NCBI RefSeq assembly: GCF_963921235.1
Contig: NC_086107.1
Span: forward strand, 102,178,001-102,242,000
DNA: 64,000 nt
Direction: 5' to 3'
DNA from: Mobula hypostoma
Taxonomy: Eukaryota
Shown: positions 51,555-64,000 of the stretch, piece after piece
Position numbering within the stretch: the stretch's first letter is position 1
Layout of the letters: every line of letters begins with the position of its first letter
Program-made: the position numbers and the translations under genes
The notes under the pieces: generated by a model
Databases searched by the model: none
The model's input: only the letters and a program-made list of their open reading frames with translations
What the model was told of the DNA's origin: nothing

Positions 51555-53948
51555 CTTCAAGCAACAACAAAAGGTTTTCTATAAATAAGTCTCTGAACTG
51601 GTTTAGCTGTACACTATTACTGCCTAAAACTTTTCCTATACCTTACACAATAAGTATTCTTCGGTGCAAAAGCACAAAAGGAATTGAGTAAATATGCAAA
51701 TGCTTGAAATAGAACAGAAATCAAATGGACACGTCATCCCAGTTGCATACCATCATTTATTAAGACTAACTAGACAACATAAAGGTCATCCTCATTCAAA
51801 TACTTATTGATATGTATTTAATTTCATTCTTGAATGCCTTTTGTCTGGTCTGAAGTTTACACTTTATCCTCATGGTCCCCCGAATCTGCGTAATCGCAAA
51901 GACAGTGCTAGGCACCACTTCAATTTATTATGGAGGTACCAAGACAGCAAGAAGTTGGTCTGAAATGTGAGCTAAAGCCAGGGTCCAACACAAGGACTGG
52001 GTGTGCAGCTGGAGGACCAGAGAGCTGACTGTATGTGTGTCCAGCACACTTATATGCTTTAACTTCCTTTGGCAAAACTATTATTGGAAGGGTCATTTCA
52101 AGAGGCTTTAGAGACATATATTTTTAAATCTACAAGCGTCCTTTTCATTCATGAATATTGAGTACAGTGTATATATGCAGAGCAAGTTTTGTGGGGTAAA
52201 AATACAGCTGATGCATAATGCGACTGATAAATCAATCACTAATATTGCCAAAGTGAACGCATAAGAAAAATAGAAAAGATTACAACTGTTCTTTAACAGG
52301 ATGAAAGAAGAGCAGGAAAATGCCATAAAATAACTCAACACAAGCCAGCCTTTCAATAAGATCATAGTTCATCTTCCTACTTGATCCTTGTGATCTCCAA
52401 AAATCTTACCGGTTTCAGTTTTGTACATACTCAACTCAGCAGTTAATATCCCGACAGGTGAATTTGAAGTACCTCAACCCCATGTAATGAAACCTCTTAT
52501 CTCAGCTAAATGGCTAAAGCTATATCTGCCTGTGGACCCAACTTCTAAACTTTCCTGTTGGGAGAAATCAAATTCTTTAATCTCCATTCTGCCATTCCCT
52601 CAAAACCTTTCATGCTTTCAGTCTTCTAGATAGTGGCTGTAGATTCAACTTCCCCTCACAGAAGAAGAATCTCATTCCATTCTAGTGAATTAATTAAATG
52701 AATTCACTCTGTACCAACACTAAATAAGACTTCATTACTTCTGCATTTCCAAACCCCATGCATTTAAGACCAGCTTTGACATATTCAGCTTGTTACTTTA
52801 TTTATACAAACTCAATTCTGCCTAAATGACAACTATTTTTAGAAAATGCTGTTTGTCTATTCCTCTAATCTATGTGAATCAAACATTTTAGTGCAATTTA
52901 AGTAGCAGGTCCAGATACTGTACAGTACAAAAATCATTTCACCACTTTGTCAAGTTTCAAGTTAACCTTGATGCTCTGTTTTCTCGATCCTTTATTATTA
53001 TTTCTTTTATATCTATTAATTCTATTTCTTTATGTATTTTACTGTCTTATAATCTGCTTTTATACTTACCTGTATTTTTATTCTACTTTCCTTTCTTGAA
53101 AAAATTTTGGTCATCTTTTGTTGGGTTCAAACACACCCAAATAATATTTTTCTTTATTTAAGATTTACTTGGCAATGAATGGTTCTTTTGGGAGGTTTAA
53201 TTTTATTTAATAAAAATGCATATTTTTGAGAATTATGAAGCACTTCTTTAATTGTTTGCCCTTACATCAAATGTTTTATACCAATTTCTAACCTGTTTTG
53301 GCTCATTCATCTGTATCCTTCTAACAGCATACATTAACTTCAAAAGTTCAGTTTCCAAGTTTGGTTTGTTGCTCTCAAATTTTTTTAAAATAATTATTTT
53401 TTTGATAAGAACTCTGAAATTAGCAAATGAATGGCCTCTTCCCTGAATATTTCCATAATACTCATTCTGGAAAACTCTTCCCTTGAAGTGTGCAATACAA
53501 AACAGAATTTAACTTATCCAGTCACAATAAAATAATAACTTACCTTCCAAATCAACGATTAGTTTTTATTCCCGGAAGAATTTAATCAAATGGCACATCA
53601 TTAAATAGCAATTTGATACAACCAGTTAAAACATATTAACAAACCCAAATAAGTAACAAAGTGGCCAACAGATTTCCATTAAGTATTTACATTTACCTTT
53701 TCTCTTTATTGAAATCATGGAAAAAGTGGCAGAGAAAATCTGCTATATAATGTTTTATACTACAAACTGCCTAAAAATAAATGTACAGTACATTACATAG
53801 AGGCAGAGTGCATTGCACTTTTCCCCCCATATGCTTCAGTTGAGCTGGGAAAATAATTAGCTGTTAACCTTTATGCAGTAATTGGAAATACAGCATACAC
53901 TATGCTTAAAACATTCCCCCTCCCGCCCCCCCCCGCCAACCAACTTAC

Positions 53949-54067
53949 AGGAATACCCAGAAGTTGAGGATCAACAGGTTGACGAAAAGGAAGTGACTCA
54001 GGGTCTTGACGGTAAAGTGCTTCCAGTGTCGGCATGAGTGCCTGCCGCAGTTCTTCAGGCTTGAAGA
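53949..54067 (-). CDS. EP300: p300 exon 17 equivalent (bromodomain start)
   Basis: 119 nt; (I)FKPEELRQALMPTLEALYRQDPESLPFRQPVDPQLLGIP. Confidence 0.96.
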
Positions 54068-54299
54068 CTAAAAAGGGGAAAAAAGTAAATTAATAGAAGC
54101 CAAAGCAGAGACTTTGACTTGAAATCATTATCAAAACAAGTAATTGCTTTCATTATTGTTCACACAAGGTGTTAGTAATTCATTAGACCAGTAAAAAAAA
54201 AGTAGAAACAGACCACGATGTCTCTTAAACTAAGTAATGAGTTTGTGCCCGACATAAAAATTGGTGTTATAAATAGTGACCATGGTCATCCAAGGCTAG

Positions 54300-55030
54300 A
54301 TCAGGATAAATTATCTTTACGATGGACAGCAGGGTAGAACAACGACAGATGGAATTTAATCCCGATGCTTTTTGGGAAGTCAAAAAGGATGGGGCCCATA
54401 CACTAAGTGTTAAACCACAATGGTAAATGATAGGATCTCGTCCAAAGTCCATGATTATTTGGAAGTGGGAACACAGGTAGATAAGGTGGTGAAAAAGGCA
54501 AATGACATGCTTAGCCTCATGGATTGGAGCACAGAATACAAGAGTGGGGATATTACGTTACGACTTTACAGACACAGGCTCCGCTACATTTGAAGTATTG
54601 TTGTGTAGTTCTGATCACATCATAGGAAGGATGTAGAGGGTGCAGAGCATATTCACCAGGGTGTTATCTGGATCAGAGGATTTTAGTTATTGGGAGATAT
54701 TGAATAAGCTGGGCTTGTTTACCTTAGGGTGAAGGAGACTAAGGGGTTATCTGATAGAGAAGTATATAAAATTATGAGAATAGACAGGGCAGATAGTCAA
54801 AAACTTCTTCTCTGGGTGCAGGTAAAAACAACAAGGGAGGTGGTTTAAAGTTAGAGGAAGAAGTTTTAAAGAGGATCAGAGGGAAGTTTATTTCATAGTG
54901 AGGATGATATCTGGAGCATACTAGAGGTTTGGTGGAATCGGGTACAATCAATACATGTAAGAGGCACTTAAGATAGGCATGAATATGCAAGGCACAGAAG
55001 GATACAGACCTGAAATGGGCAGATGGGATT
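54300..55030 (+). mobile_element. Decayed CR1 3' portion
   Basis: cagatggaatttaatccc...caggtagataaggtggtgaaaaaggc...gtagagggtgcagag...aggagactaaggggttatctgataga. Confidence 0.75.
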
Positions 55031-55505
55031 AGGGAAAATGGATAAAAAGAATTGGGATGAAGTGGCTGTTTCAGCACCGAATTCCCAATATTCACTCTGC
55101 CATTCAGTAACATCAAACCTCAGAGGCTCCCAATTTTTTGTAAATCTATTAATATCCTTTGTATCCAATATTCAAATAGATTTTAGCCTTTAAAAAGTGA
55201 TTGAGATACCACGGCCTATGATAACAGAAGTTCTCAATTCTCTTACCTATTATGTCTGTTAATTTTACATACCCTACCATAGGAATGGACACTTCAGCAA
55301 TCACCCTATTGAGCACTTTAGCCATTCAAAACTTCAATTTTCAAATTAACAACAGGATTTTATCAATATTATTACTTAAAGGTGTATACTGTTATCCACA
55401 GAGACAATGATCTCTACTTCCCAAGTTGCATGCACCTTACTTAAGCAGAGGCCAGAGTATTAATATTGTGTCTTATCACCTCAAGGAAAAAGTACATGTA
55501 CGTAC

Positions 55506-55659
55506 TCTTTTTACGTGACTGTCCACTCGCAGGGGATGATTGTGTTGGCAGATTTGTGGCATCTTCTTCCTCTTTTACTTCACCTTTCAATTCTGGTTTC
55601 TTCTCGTCAGCCTCCATTGGCTCCTGTTTACACTCTTCAACTGCTGGTTCTTCCTTCAC
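55506..55659 (-). CDS. EP300: p300 exon 16 equivalent (CRD1 region)
   Basis: 154 nt; VKEEPAVEECKQEPMEADEKKPELKGEVKEEEDATNLPTQSSPASGQSRKK; phase fits exon 17. Confidence 0.92.
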
Positions 55660-55859
55660 CTACAATTTTCAAAATCAAAGGTATTTTTGAAAAAAAAAAC
55701 AACCAGTCCAGCAAAGAAAAGTGGGAATTTCCTCTGCACTGCTCTTTTGCTGCTATCTACTCTAAGGACTAGGCAACACTCCATTATGCACAGTTCTCTC
55801 AATTACCCTACTATAACATCTTGATCAGAAACTAAGTGAAAGAAATAAAGGGAAGGTAC

Positions 55860-56105
55860 ATCACACCCGGAGTTTCTCCGGTTAGCGGACGATTTCCCTC
55901 CACGCCACTCTGATGTAGTGGGGAACCGCGTACGAGGCAAGTTACAGCAGTAGTTTGCCATTGCCTTCTGCCAGGTAAGTTTCCAAAGAGATCACCAGGT
56001 CGTAACCCAGCACAATGGAAAGCGTGCAGGGGAGCCAGTTGGATTCGAACTCGGGACCTTTTGTCCCGAAGTCTGGCACAGATCCCCCTATGTCACTAGC
56101 CGGGT
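55860..56105 (-). mobile_element. tRNA-derived SINE
   Basis: Reverse B box ggattcgaactcgggacc; CpG-retaining body. Confidence 0.6.
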
Positions 56106-56522
56106 CAGAAATAACCAGGGCTAAATTTATAGCTTGATAATTTATAAAATGAAATTTGGTAATGAAATCCACAAGCTTCACTGTTTAGTAAAACTCTAAA
56201 TAATTAGAGTTAAGCATTTTTAGAAAAGTACAGCTTCAACATAATTACAAGTAATGTCTGAAGACAAGAATCTAAATGTTGAATGTTATTTTATGATGCA
56301 GAATAATTTTCACAATAAGTATTTGCATATATAAATTATAAAATATTAACCAGGGCCTAGAAACATGTTTATACTTCAATCAGCTGAGAATACCAACAAA
56401 AGCCTGTAAGCATGAGGTCAATTGTTTTGGTTGGAGTCTGGGGTCAAAATCAGCGTAGAAAACATTAAGATCTGGAAAGTCCTTATTATTTAAAAAAAGC
56501 AGAAATAAATGCAATCTAGTAC

Positions 56523-56708
56523 CTCCTGTTTAATTTCTTGTTTTAGTTCCACAGTTTCTGGCTCAGTTTCTTCCTCTTCTTGTTTTTCTTCCATCTTGAC
56601 ATCAGACATTGGTGCTTCAGGAGCAGTCTGTTGAGAATTTGTGTCTGTACTACTGACTGACGCTGGGGTCGATACTCGGCCGTCTGCACTCACTGCTGAC
56701 TGTGAAAG
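56523..56708 (-). CDS. EP300: p300 exon 15 equivalent
   Basis: 186 nt, phase 0/0; LSQSAVSADGRVSTPASVSSTDTNSQQ...DVKMEEK...EIKQE. Confidence 0.92.
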
Positions 56709-57134
56709 CTAAAGCATGCCAATTATGATGAGTACATTGACAAGCAGCAGCCAATAAATTCCACATAAAACATTAAAAAAAGTAGTTTTAACATACAAGT
56801 TTCACAAAGTAATTCAATTTTAGAATCAACATCTCTCTTAACAGGGAACATTTTCTTCTGAAATGTAAATCAGAGACTGACAGTACTATTATGAAGCTAT
56901 ACTGGAGAAAATATAGAGTCATAAAGGCTATTTCTTTATGCCATGAGAAATGGAGTACTAAAGTGTTCCTGCTTTGGTTAAAAAGGGAGATCAGATTCCC
57001 ACAGGCACTATGTACAGTTTTAGTCACTGAATCTCAAAGATCCATTAGTCATGAGGAAGGAGCAGCTCAGATTCAGGGCCTAAAAGATTATTGTTTAAAA
57101 ATTAATGCAAATTAATAAATTAAAGTTAAATTTA

Positions 57135-58501
57135 CAAACCCCATTTCCAGAAAAGTTGGGATATTTTCCAAAATGCAATAAAAACAAAAATCTGTGATGT
57201 GTTAATTCACGTGAACCTTTATTTAACTGACAAAAGTACAAAGAAAAGATTTTCAATAGTTTTACTGACCAACTTAATTGTATTTTGTAAACATACACAA
57301 ATTTAGAATTTGATGGCTGCAACACACTCAACAAAAGTTGGGACAGAGGCATGTTTGCCATTGTGTTACATCACCTTTCCTTTTAATAACACTTTTTAAT
57401 TGTTTTGGAACTGAGGATACTAATTGTAGTAGATTTGCAATGGGAAATTTTGTCCATTCTTGCTTGATATAAGACTTCAGCTGCTCAACAGTCCGTGGTC
57501 TCTGTTGTCTGATTCTCCTCTTTATGATGCGCCATACATTTTCAATAGGAGATAGATCTGGACTGGCAGCAGGCCAGTCAAGCACACGCACTCTGTGTCC
57601 ACAAAGCCACGCTGTTGTAGCCCGTGCAGAATGTGGTTTAGCATTGTCCTGCTGAAATAAGCATGGACGTCCCGGGAAGAGACGTCGCCTTGATGGCAAC
57701 ATATGTCTCTCTAGAATCCTAATATACGCCTCGAGTCAATGGTACCTTCTCATACATGCAACTCACCCATGCCGTGGGCACTGATGCACCCCCATACCAT
57801 CACAGATGCTGGCTTTTGCACCTTTCACTGATAACAATCTGGATGGTCGTTTTCATCTTTGGCATGGAAAACTCGACGCCCGTTTTTTCCCGAAAACTAG
57901 CTGAAATGTGGACTCATCTGACCACAGCACACGGTTCCACAGTCTTTCGGTCCATCTGAGATGAGCTCGGGCCCAGAGAACTCACCAGCGTTTCTGCATA
58001 GAGTTGATGTATGGCTTCCTCCTTGTGTAATAGAGTTTCAAGTTGCGTTTCTGGACGCAGCGACGGACTGTGTTAGTGACAATGGTTTTCTGAAGTACTC
58101 CCGAGCCCAGGTGAGCACAAAGGGGTGAGCCATGACCCATCCTTGCTTGCAAAGACTGAGCCTTTGATGGACGCTACTTTTATACCCAGTCACGATAACT
58201 CACCTGCTACCAATTAGCCTGCTTAATGTGGAGTCTTCCAAACTGGTGTTACTTGAATATTCTGTGCACTTTCCAATCTTATTTTAACTCTGTCCCAACT
58301 TTTGTTGAGTGTGTTGCAGCCATCAAATTCTAAATTTGTGTATATTTACAAAATACAATTAAGTTGGTCAGTAAAACTACTGAAAATCTTTTCTTTGCAC
58401 TTTTGTCAGTTAAATAAAGGTTCACGTGAATTAACATATCACAGATTTTTGTTTTTATTGCATTTTGGAAAATATCCCAACTTTTCTGGAAATGGGGGTT
58501 G
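57135..58501 (-). mobile_element. Tc1-family (DD34E) transposon with about 214-bp TIRs, internally deleted
   Basis: TA at 57133-57134 and 58502-58503; near-identical TIRs 57135-57348 and 58288-58501; WSDEST, FQQDNAKPH and SPDLSPIENVW with 34 residues between D and E. Confidence 0.95.
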
Positions 58502-58834
58502 TAAGCAAATAAAATTGTTTTCCTCCCAAAAGGGTATAATCTTACATTGAGGCATAGAACCGAGTGATTTGGATGCACTCTTAAATATAACAGTTCTTTG
58601 GAAATCTGGGAATTTCCTCCAAAAGATGAAAGCTGGTGAATAACAACAGTCAAACTTGAATTTATTTTCAGTTGACTTTCATGGAAGTGAGATATAGGTC
58701 AGCATTGAACTACATGAATGGCAAAAGAGTTCAATGTAACCAACAGTGGGGAGTACACCATAGTCTGGCAGCTCTTGGGCTGTACTCCCTGGAGTTCAGG
58801 TGAATTTGGAAGTGGGGGGGGGGGGAGAGAGAGA

Positions 58835-59200
58835 AGGGAAAGGATCTCAGAAACATTCTGAATGTAAAAAGGCCTGAACAGATTAGATATGGCGAAGTTA
58901 TTTCCCATGGAAGGGGAATCTAGGACAAGAAGGCACAACTTTAGGACTGATGGACACCCATTTAGAACAGAGATGCTGGGAGGTTACTTAAGTCAGAGGG
59001 TCGTAAATCTGTGGAATTTGTTGCCATGAGCAGCTGTGGATGCCAATTCATTGGGTGCATTTAAGGCAGAGATAGGTAGGTTCTTGATTAGCCAGCGTAT
59101 CAAAGGGTATGGGGAGATGGCGGGGAGTGGGAATGACTGGAAGAATTGGATCAGCCTATAATTGAATGGCCTACTTCTGCTCCTATAGCTTATGGTCTTA
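58835..59200 (+). mobile_element. CR1 LINE 3' fragment
   Basis: aggatctcagaaacattc...tctaggacaagaaggcacaac...cagagggtcgtaaatctgtggaatt...ctcctatagcttatggtctta; similar to 8190-8570. Confidence 0.85.
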
Positions 59201-59860
59201 CACCTCTTTACTGGCCATCATCAAAACATAACTAAAGGTGAATTTCTCAAATTTCTAAAGTTTATCGATGATTTTAACACATTTTCCCTAAAAATCATAT
59301 GACACTTAAATTTCAAAACAATATAATTAACTAAAATAATTTATATTCAGAATGCCAATAAATGTCAAAATTGTAAAGGTTTGAATACATATCAACTTCT
59401 GAGAAAATGAAGTACAATTTAGAAAAGTTATTTTCTTTTATATACTGAAGCTATTGGAAATAGAAAAAATTAACACTTGGGTTATATAACAAAAAGGAAT
59501 AAAGATCAGATGGATATGAAAGAGTGACGTAAAGTAAACTATAATTTAGCAAAATCACAATGATTAGATCACCAGCATCAAAGGGGAAATGTTACTTTGC
59601 ACAACTGAGTTGGATTTAAGTTATAGGTGAGAAGGTAAGTGCTAATATGAGTTTCCCCGGCTGAGCACCTCACATCTGCCGAGTCAGGTCATTTTGTCAA
59701 TTGTCTGAGTGACTTAAAAGATGTTAAGTGCTAAGGTAGGACAGCTAACAGAAATGGAAGAAAATACATTCGATATCTAAATATTTCAGTAGAACAGAGA
59801 GCTTTACATTCATCCAGGAAAGTTTGCATAATCATTAAATCACAATGACAATATACTCAC

Positions 59861-60301
59861 AGGAGTACTGGGATGTTGGGGCTGTATTGGTGCAGTCGGT
59901 GTGGGTGTTGATGGGGTTGCATTCTGTTGCTGTGCTGCTGGGGGCGGTGGAGGTTGCTGCTGTTCCCGCTCTCGTTGCTGCTGCTTCTGCCCCGCTGTTA
60001 CCTGGGATTGTGGAGGGACTGGTGGAGGAGGGGGGAGCTGCGTTTGTGGAGGTGTCTGAACTTGAGGAGGGGGAGGCATCGTTGGTGGTTGCGAATTAGG
60101 TGATGGTGTCTGCTGCCGCTGTTGAGGGGGAATGCTAGGCGGTGTCTGGTGAGGAGTAGGTGTCAGACTTCTTGGTCCAGGGGATGGAGAATTCTGATGA
60201 AGTGAAGGCTGAGAAAGAGGTGGTGGACAGCTGAACTGAGTATTCTGGACTCCTGGTTGCATGGAAGCAGAACTATTGACAGGTAACGAGGTGTTCTGAG
60301 C
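59861..60301 (-). CDS. EP300: p300 exon 14 equivalent (P/Q/T-rich)
   Basis: 441 nt, phase 0/0; AQNTSLPVNS...QPSLHQNSPSPGPRSLTPTPHQTPPSIPP...QHPSTP. Confidence 0.92.
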
Positions 60302-60550
60302 CTAATGAGTAAGAACACATAAAACAGAAGACATTAACCAAATATACTCATTAACTCAGGACTAAGTAAATTTACAATGGAATTATACAAAAACTGATAT
60401 TTCCTATAAAAAAGAACATCAGCTGGCAAGTGAAAGCTTTTAGATTTAACATTTCTAGAAGTAGAATAAATTACAAATTTATGAAGTAGAAAGCCTATAT
60501 AAAAATAAAGTTAAATGCAAGACCAACATCAGAGAAAATACAGAATATCA

Positions 60551-60870
60551 GGGTGGCACAGTAGTGTGACTAGTTGAACCACTGCCTCAAAGCTCGAGTA
60601 AACCAAGTCTGATCATGCGCTGCCTTTGTGGAGTTTGCATGTTCTCCTTGTGAGCAGATAGAATCTCCTCCAGGTAGACTCATTTCCCCCACCATCCCAG
60701 ACCTGTAGGTTACTAGGTTAAATGACTACTGTAATTTTTTCCTAGTGTGTAGTTGAGTGGTAGAAGTTGGGGTCAGGGAGGAGAATTGATGGGAACGTGG
60801 GGAGAAAAAGGTGAGATTAATGTGGAATTAATGTAAATGAGTGGCTGATACTCAGCATGTCAGAAGGCCC
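60551..60870 (+). mobile_element. V-SINE-like element (HE1-like)
   Basis: gggtggcacagtag tRNA-like head; V-domain-like tgtggagtttgcatgttctccttgtg. Confidence 0.65.
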
Positions 60871-61049
60871 ATATGATCCCAATGTGGTTGATGAAGTTTT
60901 ATAAATTGAAAAAAAAACACAAAAATATTACGAAATTATGAAAAAAATGACACCTGAATCATAAGACACAAGATGTAAGGACCGGATGGATCTGAAATAA
61001 TGCTCCACAAATATACTAACAATTAGTTTAAGAAGACTCTTGAGAGATT

Positions 61050-63000
61050 TAAAACTTAAGGTCGGTGTAAAGAATTGAATACAGGAAAGCCCCTATAGTA
61101 AATATAGAAAAAATAGGGACAAATAAGTAACAGAAGGAAAGGTTATGTTCAATGAGGGATCAAAGTGACAATCTTTGCAATGGGCTGGAGGGTCAAAGGA
61201 AGTCTTACACGAGTACTTCTCACTTGTATTGTTTGGTGAAGGGAAATTGGCCCTGAAAGAATGTGCAAATCCTTAACCAAAAAATTGAAATGCAAAATAA
61301 GATTTGTTCACAGAATTTATATGAATAAAGGAAATAAAAACCAAATTAATTCTTTTTCACTTGTGATGCTTGATGCACACCCAGATAATATTGCAGAAAA
61401 TTATGATATGGACTTTATTCTAGAAGCACAATCCCCTGTAACTTGGGGTTCACCTGAATTCTAAGGAAAGGGATGGTGGAATTCCAGGACAATTACCATT
61501 GAAAAGGAGGTACTAGATGTCACTGAAGGTGGATATATCCCCAAGGCCTGATGAGGTATGAGGTAGATCTCAGTGTGCTGTGTGATATGAGGTAGGAAAT
61601 CACTGGGGGTCTGAGAAATTTTCAAACCTTCTGGCTACAGGGGAGATGCAAGATGGATGATAATAAATGTTTTACTTTTAATTAACAGGCAGACAAGGAA
61701 AAGTCAGATAAGTACAGGCTAGTGGACTTAATATCAGTATCCAGATAATTACTGAAAAATAGACCGCAGCACAGAATTTGTTCATTTTTTGTGTGGGAGG
61801 AGGGATTGGAGTGATGTGCCTGTTCAATATTTTGTTCATCTTTTTATGTGGGGAGGGGGAATTTGGGGGGTGGCTGATGATTATACTGCCTTTTTTTTTC
61901 GTTCTTGGTTTCATGGCTACCTGGAGAAGAAGAATTTCAGAGTTGTATACTTCAATAACAAACGAACCTTTGAACATTTTAATCAGAACACAGAGAGGCA
62001 GCCATTAATCAAGGATAGTCAGCATTAGTTTTTGTTTACACAAGGCCATGGGAATAATTTCACTGATTTTTTTTTTGAAGTAGGGACTCGTGTCACAAAA
62101 ATTGGTGGTCTTTGGCTACATAATGACATAGATATTTCGATAAAATGGGGAGAGCAATGGCAGATGGAATTTAATCCCAAGGGAACATCAGAAGCCAGAA
62201 GGAAAGCATTTAAATCTGTTATTTTGGATGCTATTTAATATGGGGTGATGGATCTGGAAAGACTACAGGGTAAGAAACTACCAAATGAATGATAGAAATA
62301 GAGGAAGTGCTAAGGAACATTCAAAGATTCTGGAAGGCAGTAGTGGCCAGGAAAGGTTTAATTTTTTTAAAAACCAGAAACCTAGTCATGTCCTGCTACA
62401 CTTCTCAAAGCAGGCTGGGATTAACACACTAGGATCTGGGGATTAATCTATGTTTAAGCCTACTAAAGCATCTCATACCTCCTCTTTTTCAATAATACAT
62501 AAGATAGTTGACTTCACTATACAGTACATGGAATATAAAAAAGCAAAAAGGTTATGGCGCAGGCATACAAAACTTTAGTTTGCAACAACTACTGTATACA
62601 GTAAAACACACAGGAAGGATGTGATTGCAACAGAAAGAGAGCTGAGAAAATTCACTTGGAAATTGTTTGGGATGGAATATTTTAGCAAAAAAGAGACTGG
62701 ACAGTTTGTTTCCCGAAAACTGGAAGGGTGGGGGAAACGAATGTGATTGGACTATTACAGAATTCTGAGGGGCATGGACAGTGAGAAACCTCTCCCCTTA
62801 GAAGACAGACATTTAAGGGGCACCTGATAAAGTGTTTTACTTCATCCAGATGGTGGATGAAATCTTAATTTCACTCCATGAGCAAGGTCCTCTTAACATT
62901 TTAGTCTTTACATATTAAATAGAAGACTATGGACAAAGCTGGAAAATGAGATTAGCACAGAAAGGACACACTGGACTCAAAGGACTTCTGCTCTATCACT
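61050..63000 (+). mobile_element. Cluster of highly decayed CR1 fragments
   Basis: gaaggtggatatatccccaaggcctgatgag, KWGEQWQMEFNP, ggaaggatgtgattgca; bounds approximate. Confidence 0.55.
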
Positions 63001-63704
63001 CTTAAACTGATAAAATCTGCAACACCCAGGAGCAGTTATAACTAGCTGTTCCCTTTCCTCTGCCATTTACCTGGGCAATCTGGCATACGATTCAACTGCT
63101 GCATATTTCTAAATTAGGAGGTGGTCTACTTATTTTGTTCTTTTCAGTTCTTTTGCTGTATTTTTCCCTTCAAAGCATGGATCTCTACATCTCTTATATG
63201 TGGACCAGGTAAGGCTGCAAATTTAATGAAAGCATAATGGTTGGTTCTGAGATATGGGTTTTACCCACAATTTCCCCCCGCTGTCACTGTGAAATGGTGA
63301 AGATGAGAGGAACAGTTGAAACTCCTTTCCTGACATTTTTCTACTGGCTTAACGATGACAATAATTTAAATGTAATTAAGCAATACATTAACATGGTGAC
63401 TTGAAGCCTATTAAGTAGAGATTGGAGAGAAAAAAAAAACAACCCCGTACTTTACCCAACCTATGCACAATACTGAATACATGACCATCATTTGATATGG
63501 ATTTAAACATGGTGAAATAATTCATTTCACATGGCTGCCCTGGAATTAATATTTGACATAATTTAACCAAGAGATTTTCCAGTATATTAATCAGATTTAA
63601 GATCTTGACTGTGGCACAGTCTTGAGACAGTGCTTAGTATATCTATACAGTTCTAAAATAGTAACCAACCACTGTGAATGCAAAGGAGGTACAAGATTTA
63701 ATAC

Positions 63705-63863
63705 CGGAGACATCACTGGCTGGTTGCTGGCTTGTGTCATGGTGGTACTACCAGAGTTTATTCCAGGAGAAGATACAGGAAACTGATTTGGGGTCAGAAA
63801 TTGATTCTGGCTGGGATGCTGTGTAGCTATTGGCTGTGCCATTCTGGAAGTGGTTAATCCCAT
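63705..63863 (-). CDS. EP300: p300 exon 13 equivalent (gene continues beyond the window)
   Basis: gcacag|ATG...CCG|gtatt, 159 nt; MGLTTSRMAQP...QNQFLTPNQFP...QPVMSP. Confidence 0.88.
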
Positions 63864-64000
63864 CTGTGCACAAAACAAAACATGTGGATGTAAGCGATAG
63901 GAGCCCATTCTCCTAACTTCTCCCTATAACCTTTGACACCCTTACTAATCAAGAACCTATCAACCTCTGCCTTAAATATTTCCAATGACACGGCCTCCAC

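Noticed and set aside
57095..58653. Near-identical ORFs on opposite strands (57095-57361 and 58302-58550)
   Set aside because: Translations of the two Tc1 terminal inverted repeats.
24267..63863. Calling the gene CREBBP
   Set aside because: C-terminus (...NTLDIL), the ERKREENNTSSESTD and LEFSPQ segments and linkage to RBX1 favour EP300; a phylogeny would be decisive.

Overview
Eukaryotic, intron-rich vertebrate DNA; the repeat content suggests a cartilaginous fish such as a ray (inference). Two host genes converge tail to tail. On + are the last four coding exons of RBX1 (127-4025). On - are the last 19 coding exons of EP300/p300 (63863 to 24267; human-equivalent exons 13-31, spliceable in frame, one GC-AG intron). 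Between them lie an intact tRNA-Gln(CTG) gene, two CpG-rich unexplained segments and nested mobile DNA: CR1 and L1-type LINEs, Penelope-like elements (PLEs: RT plus GIY-YIG), solo LTRs, Tc1 and hAT relics, and SINEs. The most notable non-genic signal is a family of minimal hammerhead-ribozyme motifs (CTGANGA...GAAACGTC). They sit at the 3' end of the PLEs and in short non-coding derivatives with target-site duplications (TSDs), and include a recurrent CTGCCGA core variant. All family names come from pattern recognition; no database search was run.
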